From: an uncultured Acidobacteriota bacterium
GTDB lineage: Bacteria > Acidobacteriota > Thermoanaerobaculia > Gp7-AA8
DNA: 64,000 nucleotides
Assembly (NCBI GenBank): GCA_963741955.1
Contig: CAVUKB010000004.1
Coordinates: 576,001 to 640,000 of the forward strand
Direction: 5' to 3'
Below the pieces are notes generated by a model. That model saw only the letters and a program-made list of their open reading frames with translations. It had not been told where the DNA came from and did not search any database. A program made the translations under genes and the position numbers. The first letter of the stretch is position 1; the number at the start of each line of letters is the position of its first letter. Shown here piece after piece: positions 26,524 to 34,827 of the stretch.

Positions 26524-29502
26524 ATGTCGCTCAATTTACGCTTTATCCTCATCCGGTCCTCGGTGGCCGCACTCGTTCTGCTCGTGTCGACCGTGACCTC
26601 GCCTGCAGCCGCGACGGTCGCGGACCGCCCTGCGGAACGTGGATTCCCGATCATGAAGGTCTTTGATCAGCGGGTCCATCGAGGAGGTCCGCAGACGTTC
26701 GACGTCGCGCAGAACCGGCAGGGGATCCTCTACTTCGGAAACCTGGCCGGTCTCCTGAGCTACGACGGCGCCTGGTGGCGGCTGATCAAGCTCCCGCACG
26801 ATGCTTCGGCAGATCAGGTCGAGTCGGACGACTCCGGCCGGATCGCAATCGGCACCGTCGGGGAGCTCGGTTATCTCGAGCCGAATGCCGAAGGCGCGAA
26901 CGTTTTCCGCTCGCTCCTTCCTCTGCTCGCGCCGGCCGACCGCGACTTCGGGGACATGAAGAGTATCCGTTCGACCGGGAACGGATTTCTCTTTCTGACC
27001 GACCGGCTCCTCCTGCATTGGGACGGGCACTCTTCCCTTCGAATCGTCCGGCGATTCGCAGACGACCAGACCACTCCTCACAGGATGTTCATGGTCGGCA
27101 GGACGCCGTGGCTGGTGGGGGATTCGGGGGCCGAGACTCTCGACCTGAAGAATGGAGCGACGAATCCGATCCCGGCTCTGGCAGGGAAGAAGGTCAAGCT
27201 CGTCTTTCCGCAGAGCGGCGGAGGAGTGGTCGTCGCCATCGACGAACAGGGACTCTACTCACTTCGGGACGGCCGGCTGGAGCCTCTTTCATCTTCGCTG
27301 AACGCCTGGTTCTCGGGAAAGGCGATCTCCGGCGGATGCCGTTTGCTCGACGGACGCTACGTGCTCCTCGCCCGTGATCACGGGGTGGTCCTGATACGAG
27401 CGGACGGAACGATCGAGCAGGTGATCGATGAATCGGCAGGTCTGCCGCAATTCGTTCTCTGGAACGCGTTCGCGGATCGCGAAGGAGCGCTGTGGCTCAC
27501 GTTCGACGGTCCGATTGTCCGAATCGATTTTGCCTCGCCGGTGACCATTCTCGACTCGCGGAGAGGGATCAAGGGATCGATCAGCACGGTCAACCGATGG
27601 CGCGACCGGCTCTACATCGGCACCACACGAGGGCTGTTCACCCTTTCGAACGAGAGGAATCAGGAAGAGGCGACGAAGGTCGGCGGTCTTCCTTCGGCCG
27701 CGTGGTGTCTTCTTCCGTTCGATCGCGATCTGGTGATCGGTACGGTCAAGGGCGTCTATATCCTCCGGGACCGGGGCGATCCGCAGCTGGTGCCGGGCAC
27801 CGATCGCTTCGCACTCTATTCGATGGCCCGGTCCACGAGTGATCCTTCTCTGGTGTGGATGGGAACGGACAAGGGACTGTTCGTCCTGCGTCGTCGCCCG
27901 GCCGGTTGGCATTTGGAAGGAGCGGTCGACGGGGTCCGGCCTTACGTCTCCTCGATCGTCGAACGTGACCACGTGCTGTGGCTCGGGACGGTCTACGACG
28001 GACTTCTGCGAGTCGACGATCCACTTTCCGCGAAACCACGGATCACGACTTACGCGAACGGCGAAGAGATCGGAGTCTTCACCATTGGAGGACGTCTCCT
28101 GGTCGTCCGTCCCTCCGGCGAGATCTCCGACATCGATGCGACCAGCCATCTGGTGCCCGATCCGCGGCTCGCCGGGATCTCCCTTCCGGATGACTTCTTC
28201 CTCCTCGCGGAAGACGGAGCGGGGAACATCTGGATCAATTCCACACCGCCGCGCCTGATCCGGAAGCATTCTGACGGGACGTTTTCCAGGGACACCGAGC
28301 CGCTGGTCCAGGTGGATGCGAGCGACATTCAGTTCATGTCCGTCGATTCGGACGGAGTGGTCTGGTTCGGTGGGGACCGCGGCCTTTTCCGCTATCAGCC
28401 CTCGCAGGTTCAGACGCACTTCGCCCAACCCATCCCTCTCGTCCGTCGGGCGGTCACAGGCGACGGGAGGCTGGTCTACGGCGGCGGCGCGACGAGCGCG
28501 CTCGTGCACCTTCCGTTCGCGTTTCGCCGGTTGCGCGTCGAGTTCGCCCCCGCGTCGTACCACCAGGGAATCGAGTACCAGTACCGGCTCGACCCTTCCG
28601 ACACCGATTGGGGCAAGTGGAGCACGGAGCCGTTCGTGGACTTCACGAATCTCTCCGAGGGAACTTACACGCTCCGGATGCGGGCGCGCGACGCCGAGAA
28701 GGTCAGCCCGGAGACGACCTGGTCCTTCGCAGTGGATCCTCCCTGGTACCGACGTCCGTGGGCGATCGCCCTCTGGTTTCTGGTCGTGGTCGGTGCGGTA
28801 GTGATCGTGGTGAGGCTGCGGACGCGCGCACTCTCGCGCGACGCGGAAGAATTGCGCCGGCTGGTCGGCGAACAGACCGAGGAACTGAGCCAGAGGGTCG
28901 AGCAGCTGAGGGAGATCCAGGAGGAACTGGTCGAAAAGAACGCGCAGCTCGAAGAAGCAAACGCGCAACTCGAGCTCCAGTCGCTGGTGGACGAGCTCAC
29001 TGGGGTCAACAACCGCCGGAGCTTCCAGCGCGAGCTGGCCGACGAATGGAACCGCGCCCTTCGAAGAAATGATCCGATCTCGTTGATCCTGATCGACCTC
29101 GATCGGTTCAAGGATCTGAACGACCGGCTGGGACATCAGGCGGGAGACGCCTATCTTCGCGAGCTCGGTGCGCTCCTGATGGCATCCATCCGGAGAGCTG
29201 GCGACGTCGTTGCGCGCTACGGAGGCGAGGAGTTCGTGCTCCTGCTCCCCAGGACCGAAGAAGAACATGCGGTGCGCATCGCCGAAGCACTGCGTTCGAA
29301 GATCGAATCGATGGAGGTTCCCGGTCTCGGAAGGGAATGCCAGGTTACTGCAAGCTGCGGAGTGGCGACAATGAGGCCCGTTCCGGGCGATACGGTCAGC
29401 GAGTTCGTCGGACGGGTCGACCGCGCGCTCTACGCAGCAAAGAGAAGCGGGCGAAATCGCGTCTGCGTCGCCGACGAAGAGGGCGCAAAATCGCTCCTCT
29501 GA
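26524..29502 (+). CDS. Membrane diguanylate cyclase with periplasmic beta-propeller/Y_Y_Y sensor
   Basis: Signal peptide, propeller repeats (DREGALW, DSDGVVWFG), YQYRL..FTNLSEGTY, PPWY+TM helix, coiled coil, DELTG, RAGD I-site, GGEEF. Confidence 0.92.
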   Translation: MSLNLRFILIRSSVAALVLLVSTVTSPAAATVADRPAERGFPIMKVFDQRVHRGGPQTFDVAQNRQGILYFGNLAGLLSYDGAWWRLIKLPHDASADQVESDDSGRIAIGTVGELGYLEPNAEGANVFRSLLPLLAPADRDFGDMKSIRSTGNGFLFLTDRLLLHWDGHSSLRIVRRFADDQTTPHRMFMVGRTPWLVGDSGAETLDLKNGATNPIPALAGKKVKLVFPQSGGGVVVAIDEQGLYSLRDGRLEPLSSSLNAWFSGKAISGGCRLLDGRYVLLARDHGVVLIRADGTIEQVIDESAGLPQFVLWNAFADREGALWLTFDGPIVRIDFASPVTILDSRRGIKGSISTVNRWRDRLYIGTTRGLFTLSNERNQEEATKVGGLPSAAWCLLPFDRDLVIGTVKGVYILRDRGDPQLVPGTDRFALYSMARSTSDPSLVWMGTDKGLFVLRRRPAGWHLEGAVDGVRPYVSSIVERDHVLWLGTVYDGLLRVDDPLSAKPRITTYANGEEIGVFTIGGRLLVVRPSGEISDIDATSHLVPDPRLAGISLPDDFFLLAEDGAGNIWINSTPPRLIRKHSDGTFSRDTEPLVQVDASDIQFMSVDSDGVVWFGGDRGLFRYQPSQVQTHFAQPIPLVRRAVTGDGRLVYGGGATSALVHLPFAFRRLRVEFAPASYHQGIEYQYRLDPSDTDWGKWSTEPFVDFTNLSEGTYTLRMRARDAEKVSPETTWSFAVDPPWYRRPWAIALWFLVVVGAVVIVVRLRTRALSRDAEELRRLVGEQTEELSQRVEQLREIQEELVEKNAQLEEANAQLELQSLVDELTGVNNRRSFQRELADEWNRALRRNDPISLILIDLDRFKDLNDRLGHQAGDAYLRELGALLMASIRRAGDVVARYGGEEFVLLLPRTEEEHAVRIAEALRSKIESMEVPGLGRECQVTASCGVATMRPVPGDTVSEFVGRVDRALYAAKRSGRNRVCVADEEGAKSLL

Positions 29503-29726
29503 TCGTGCATGACGTCGATCGCGCTCACGTTTCCTTCGCCGGCCTCGCGGTGGCTGTCTCCTGACGTCTGCGTGTCCACAGCCACCACACCGGAAGTCCA
29601 CTCAGAAGGATCAGCAGCCCGATTCCGGCATCGCGTGGAGCCTTCGCGACGGCAATCGTGCGATTTGCGGCGAAGGAATGGGATCCCGGACCACGAGCAG
29701 CCCTCGAGTCGAGTGCGACTCGACGC

Positions 29727-30431
29727 TCAGAAGTGCAGCACCACTCCCGATCGGATCACCAGAGAGGACGGATCGTCGCCGAAGATGTGCCCGACTCCGA
29801 GCTTCACCGTGACTCCTTCGATCGGTTCGGAATAGACGGCGGCGAGAGCTTCGTCAGTTGCGCGTTCGCCTCGCATCCCGGTGGCCTCGATCCCGAATGC
29901 GAGACTCCGGTCGATCCTGAGCCGCCACCCGGCAGCGTATCCCGGCACGACCGCGTGGGGATCGCCTCCTCCGTGGGCAGCTATAAGGTTCGCGACGAAC
30001 ATCGACCTATCGAAGTGACGCGACTCGACGAACCGCACCTCGTAACGATCGGGGCCATCCTTCGCAATCTCGGCCTCCGCCGAGACTCCTCCCTTCCAGG
30101 CAGTGAAGCTCCACGGATCGGAGATCTCCCAGTGAACCGCGGGCGCGACCGCCTCGTAGCGGAAGTTCTCACCCTGCTCGCGCGAAGCGTGGACATGGGC
30201 TTCGATCGCGAGACGCTCTTTCATCCCCACCAGAATCGAGGGCTCCAACGCGATCTCGGATCCGGAGTCTCTCTTCAGATATGAGGGCGCCAGGACCAGG
30301 TAAGTCTCACCCGGCTCGGGAAGCTCGAACGACTCGACCAGGAGGAAATCCTTCCCGTGGTGAGCAAATGCTGCGGAGGGAAGAACCATCGCAAGCACGA
30401 GGCCCGGGATGATGAGACGTCTGAGCGACAA
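29727..30431 (-). CDS. Secreted, probable outer-membrane beta-barrel protein
   Basis: TTG start with AAGGAG RBS, signal peptide ending AFA, amphipathic beta pattern, C-terminal Phe. Confidence 0.65.
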   Translation of the reverse strand: MSLRRLIIPGLVLAMVLPSAAFAHHGKDFLLVESFELPEPGETYLVLAPSYLKRDSGSEIALEPSILVGMKERLAIEAHVHASREQGENFRYEAVAPAVHWEISDPWSFTAWKGGVSAEAEIAKDGPDRYEVRFVESRHFDRSMFVANLIAAHGGGDPHAVVPGYAAGWRLRIDRSLAFGIEATGMRGERATDEALAAVYSEPIEGVTVKLGVGHIFGDDPSSLVIRSGVVLHF

Positions 30432-30530
30432 ATTGAGCTCTCCTTCGACTGCGTCCTGTCGCGTTGGATGTGGACGATATCAGGAGGTGACAGGGAACTC
30501 GTTCTCCGGAGAGGGACCGCACCGCGAGGC

Positions 30531-31232
30531 TCAATACACGATCTCCATCCGAAGGCCGGCCGTATCGAGAGGAACGACATCAGGAAGGGTTCCGGCAGTC
30601 CCCGTCGCGATCCGTTCCGCAGTCCAGAGGGCGGCGAACGCATCGAGAATGTCCTCGTCGGTCACATCCGAGGCACGGTAGCGGTGGCGAACGAGCTCGA
30701 AGGAGTCGGGACCGAAGTGGGAATCGACCAGGAGCCTTCGCGCATCGCGACCGGCGCGGGTTCGTTTCGGCGGTTCGATCGCCACTCCCCCGTTCCAGGC
30801 CCAGAACGATACTTCCGGATGGACCTCGTGTACCGCCCCCTGCAGCGAGGGACGCTCAATCATGGCCCGGTCGATCTCACGCACCTTGGGGTAGATCGCC
30901 CACGCCTGTCTCGAGATCTGTTTTCCCGTCCGTTCCAGGGTGATCCGGCATGCGGACCCGTACGTTCGAGCCGAGAGTGCAGGGCGGATCGGCGCGGGAA
31001 AGACGCTGCTGGCGCGCGCGCCGAGCACCCTTCGTGCGGCGTGGTCACAGAAGCGGGCCCCGGAGTCGCTCAGTCCGATCGGGACGTCGATTGTCAGCAC
31101 CGATGGACGCGGCCGTTGATCGAGGAGGTCGGCCGCATTGATGAAGACCTGGGGGTGGATCTCGCGCGACTTCATCCTCCTGCGGAGGCAGATCCACCCC
31201 GCGGGACAACCGTCCGTGCCGGCGACGAGCAT
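30531..31232 (-). CDS. DUF429 family protein (predicted RNase H-fold nuclease)
   Basis: GTDGCPAGW, IDVPIGL, EVHPEVSF, DILDAFAALWTA. Confidence 0.85.
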   Translation of the reverse strand: MLVAGTDGCPAGWICLRRRMKSREIHPQVFINAADLLDQRPRPSVLTIDVPIGLSDSGARFCDHAARRVLGARASSVFPAPIRPALSARTYGSACRITLERTGKQISRQAWAIYPKVREIDRAMIERPSLQGAVHEVHPEVSFWAWNGGVAIEPPKRTRAGRDARRLLVDSHFGPDSFELVRHRYRASDVTDEDILDAFAALWTAERIATGTAGTLPDVVPLDTAGLRMEIVY

Positions 31233-31434
31233 GGTGCGCTCCCTCCGTGGAGATCATCTCCCTCTGCCATTGTATGCAGAGCAGCACCGCAGGTGCCATT
31301 CGTGCCGGCCACGGCGAGAGCGGCCGCAGCGGAGCCCCGCACCTCGGCGTCCGCAACGTGCAACGAAAGACGAGATCGCGTTGCCCATGACGAACGTCAC
31401 ATCGAAACGCTGTTCCCGCTGCTACCATCCACGC

Positions 31435-32091
31435 ATGCGGCTGATCGAACAGCTGGTCGAAGAGCACGAACGGATCGACCGGACCCTCGGCGCGTTCCGC
31501 ACCTGGGCCGGAGAGCTCGCGGAAGGACGTGCGCCGCGCGAGGATGGGACTCGTTTCATCGCGTTTTTCGAGCTCTACGCGGGGCGTTTTCACCACGAGA
31601 GGGAAGAGGAAGTCCTCTTCACCACCCTCGCATCGAAAGCGGAGGTTCCTCGCGAGCGCGGCCCGATCGCCGTCCTCACCGCCGACCACCGGGATCTCGA
31701 ATCACGTCTGGCGAAGCTGCGCTCACTTCTCCCGATCGAGACGTCGAAGTCGACGGAAACGCTTCGGGACCTCGTCTACGCGTACACCGAAGCGCTGTGG
31801 ACCCACATCGATGCGGAGAATTCGGTTCTGTTTCCCGAGAGTGAGAGCCGTCTTCGCCGCAACGGCGTGCGAGAGCTCGACGGCCGCGCACCGTCGGTAG
31901 AGGAACTGGCTCTCGCCGCTGACGCCGAGGCTCTGGCGGTGCGCTATCCGCCGGGGGAAGATGCCGGTGTGATCCGCGGCGAAGGATGCGTCATGTGCGC
32001 GGCGTACGGTGACCGCTGTGCGGGGATCGAACGTGAATGGTGGGGAGAGAACGAGTGGGACGAGTTCGACGAGCACATCGGCGCGAGTTGA
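31435..32091 (+). CDS. Hemerythrin-like domain protein with Cys-containing C-terminal tail
   Basis: EEHERI, FHHEREEEVLF, DH, HIDAENSVLFP; tail GEGCVMC..C. Confidence 0.85.
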   Translation: MRLIEQLVEEHERIDRTLGAFRTWAGELAEGRAPREDGTRFIAFFELYAGRFHHEREEEVLFTTLASKAEVPRERGPIAVLTADHRDLESRLAKLRSLLPIETSKSTETLRDLVYAYTEALWTHIDAENSVLFPESESRLRRNGVRELDGRAPSVEELALAADAEALAVRYPPGEDAGVIRGEGCVMCAAYGDRCAGIEREWWGENEWDEFDEHIGAS

Positions 32092-32898
32092 TCACGCTTC
32101 GAGGTACTCACGCTCTCCTGCGGTTCGTCCGCGCTCCGAAGCGATGAACTGGCTGGCATCGGCAGGGCGCGAGAAGTGATACCCCTGACCGAATCGGATT
32201 CCGAACTCCTGCGCCGCCTTCAGAGTGTGCTGGCTCTCGATCCCTTCCAGAACGACCTGACACTCGAATTCAGCGGCGAGTGAGACGATGTTGCGGATGA
32301 TCTTGCGTTTGGTCGGATCGTCTTCGAAGCCGGTCCCGAAGTTCTGGCTGATCTTCAGAAACGAAGGCTGAATTCGGTCGATCAGAATGAGGTGCGAATG
32401 CGCACTTCCAACATCGTCGAAGGCGAAGCGGACGCCGAGGGAGCGGAGTACGTGGACCGACTCGATCACCGTGGCGGTCGGTTCGATCGGAGCCTGTTCG
32501 GTGAGCTCGATCACCAGCCTCGACATCGGGATGCCGTGAAGCTCGGAGTGAATGAGGAGCGTTTCGTTCAGCCGGTCGGCAGATCGCCCGAAGACGTCGG
32601 GATGGACGTTGAGGAAAAGAAACTGGCTCTGCGCCAATGCGCGGCCGTGCTCCAGCGACCGCTCGATGCAGCGCAGGTCGAGATCGTCGAGGCGATTTTT
32701 CCGGCTCGCGTAGTCGAACAGGAGGTCGGGCGAAGTGAAAGGGTGATTCGCGCGGACGCGTGCAAGTGATTCGAATCCGTAGAGCTCTTCCCGCTTCCCG
32801 TCGATACGCACGATCGGCTGGAACATCGGAATCAGGTCGGGACCCGCGAGGATGTCATCGAGAGTTGGAACGTGGATGATCCGTGGCGTGCTCATCAT
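32092..32898 (-). CDS. Stand-alone EAL domain protein (c-di-GMP phosphodiesterase-like)
   Basis: FQPIV, FESLAR, LFLNV, IELTE, FDDVGS, LEGIE, GQGYHFSRP. Confidence 0.88.
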   Translation of the reverse strand: MMSTPRIIHVPTLDDILAGPDLIPMFQPIVRIDGKREELYGFESLARVRANHPFTSPDLLFDYASRKNRLDDLDLRCIERSLEHGRALAQSQFLFLNVHPDVFGRSADRLNETLLIHSELHGIPMSRLVIELTEQAPIEPTATVIESVHVLRSLGVRFAFDDVGSAHSHLILIDRIQPSFLKISQNFGTGFEDDPTKRKIIRNIVSLAAEFECQVVLEGIESQHTLKAAQEFGIRFGQGYHFSRPADASQFIASERGRTAGEREYLEA

Positions 32899-33272
32899 GC
32901 CGCGCGGCTCCCGCCCTGGAGCAGCCGTTCGAGATCGATTGAATCGAATGGCTTCTCGAGAAAAGCGGCTGCACCGCGCCGGGATGCTTCTTCCCGGAGC
33001 TCCTCACTGTGGACGCCGGTCATGAGAATCACCCTGCAACCAGGCTGTTCAGTGAGGGCATGCCCGACGAAGTCGAGTCCTTCGTGCCGGAACGGACCGG
33101 ACAGGCGAATGTCGCTGACGATGGACGAGAATTCGAGGTTCTCGACCAGAATCTCGGCGGATTCGATGTCGCTGCAAACGACGATGGTTCGCTCTCCGTC
33201 ATCGAGGTATGCGGCCAGCCCTTCCGCGATGGCGGTTTCGTCGTCGATCAACAAAATGGTTTCATGGCTCAT
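32895..33272 (-). CDS. Single-domain response regulator (receiver)
   Basis: LLIDDE, VSDIRL, LMTG, FLEKPF; ATGA overlap with the EAL gene. Confidence 0.88.
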   Translation of the reverse strand: MSHETILLIDDETAIAEGLAAYLDDGERTIVVCSDIESAEILVENLEFSSIVSDIRLSGPFRHEGLDFVGHALTEQPGCRVILMTGVHSEELREEASRRGAAAFLEKPFDSIDLERLLQGGSRAA

Positions 33273-33373
33273 GGTGACCTTCTCATCCGTGAGTCGTTCC
33301 GCCTCGACCGAAAATACACTCTTTGCGGCGCCGCTCGGCATCGAATGTGTAATGAAAGGATTCGGGAGGCATG

Positions 33374-33616
33374 ATGAGCGATATTCCTTATCGGCCGATC
33401 TCGTGCGATGAACACGACCGGCTCGAAGCCGCGGCCGTCGAAAAGCGGGAAGTGGAGATCGAATTCGAGCAGAAAGGCGTACGGCAACGGGAGCGGGGCC
33501 GGATCGACGACATCTTTTCCACGGAGGGAGAAGAATTCCTCCGTTTCCGCGCGGACAATGGCACGGTGGAGATCCGGCTCGACCGGATTCGGGACGTCCG
33601 CGAGATCGGTGGGTAA
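33374..33616 (+). CDS. rof: Rho-binding antiterminator Rof/YaeO family
   Basis: YRPISCDEHDRLE...EEFL...EIRLDRI resembles YaeO (YQPINCDDYDNLE...LRLDKI); GGGAGG RBS. Confidence 0.8.
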   Translation: MSDIPYRPISCDEHDRLEAAAVEKREVEIEFEQKGVRQRERGRIDDIFSTEGEEFLRFRADNGTVEIRLDRIRDVREIGG

Positions 33617-33720
33617 TCCCGAATTCGCGCACTGAACTCTGGCGCAATGCGCAGAATGGACGGATAATCGGAAAGGCCCCGACCGAGGCGTGGGGGGGCC
33701 GGATGTGCGGAGCTCGATCG

Positions 33721-34470
33721 ATGCCGAAAACTCTCTTCTACGCAGGAGTCGTCTCTTGTGCCGTTTTTTCCTGGCTCGGACTTCGTGATGCGGCTGCCTG
33801 TCTGGTCCGCGTTCTTCGCGGGGAAGCGGTCCCCGGCACTCTTCCGGGGATTCCCGGCGGCCTGATTCTTCTTCTGGCTCTTCTGGTGATGATCACCGCA
33901 GTGTCGGCGCTCCTTCTTCGGATGGCCTCCCTTCTCGCAGCGAGGAATCTCTTTTCCTCGTTTTTTGCCGCATTCTCGATTGCCGGCGCTGCGCTTCTTT
34001 CGGTGTTCACGACGGCACTCGGATATCGTGTCGCGACGCTCGCATCGTCAGCCGTGCCCACCCCCGACATCTCCGCCATCCGGCAGATTCACGCGGCGGC
34101 CGCATGGGGCACCGCGTTTTTCGTCAGTCTGATGATTCTGTCGCTGCGGCCGTATTTCCGGATTCACGCCAGGCTGCTCACGTCGATCTCTCTACTCCCG
34201 GCCTCTTTCTTCGTCCTGGCTCTGGCCCAGGAGATCGCCCTTCCGCAGTCGGTCGGAGTATTCGGTCTCCGGAGCTGGTCGGCGGCGCTCTTCCTCGTCT
34301 CCATCTCGCTCTTCCTCCTGTCGATTGCGGTTCACTGCACGTTTCATCGGCACATGTATGTCGAAGTGACGAACCTGCGGCTTCTGCTCGAATCGCGATT
34401 CGATGCTTCGAGCGGAAAGCGGGACCGGTTTTCGTTCGGCAACGGCGGCATCGCGTACAACAGCCACTGA
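33721..34470 (+). CDS. Hypothetical multi-pass membrane protein
   Basis: About six hydrophobic segments; no recognised motif. Confidence 0.6.
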   Translation: MPKTLFYAGVVSCAVFSWLGLRDAAACLVRVLRGEAVPGTLPGIPGGLILLLALLVMITAVSALLLRMASLLAARNLFSSFFAAFSIAGAALLSVFTTALGYRVATLASSAVPTPDISAIRQIHAAAAWGTAFFVSLMILSLRPYFRIHARLLTSISLLPASFFVLALAQEIALPQSVGVFGLRSWSAALFLVSISLFLLSIAVHCTFHRHMYVEVTNLRLLLESRFDASSGKRDRFSFGNGGIAYNSH

Positions 34471-34540
34471 CAGCGTCGTTCGACGTGGCCCCCCGTGCGC
34501 TCGCGGATCTGCCCGCGACGCGGTGATTCGGGAGAGACCT

Positions 34541-34703
34541 AGGAGTCTGCGCGGTAGAAACGTTCGTAGCGAGAAAGCGGAGCAGCGAGGCCAAATTCGT
34601 TCGGATTTGAGGTGCGTAGCGGTGGCTACTCGCCGAAAATCCGGGCGGATTTGGACCGCTGATCCGCTTTCGCAGTAGGACAGTTTCTATCGCGCAGAGT
34701 CCT
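34541..34703. mobile_element. MITE-like long imperfect palindrome (163 bp)
   Basis: Terminal inverted repeats AGGAGTCTGCGCGGTAGAAAC / GTTTCTATCGCGCAGAGTCCT, nested internal arms, apex GTAGC-GGTG-GCTAC. Confidence 0.72.
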
Positions 34704-34827
34704 GGCGCGATCTCCGCCGGTCAACAGCACAATTCTTGCACTTCGGGTCGACGTACTGATCCGTGGATCGGAACGACGGATGTGCGTCTCTGTCGCGACG
34801 AACATCGGATCTTCGGAAGGCCGACGG

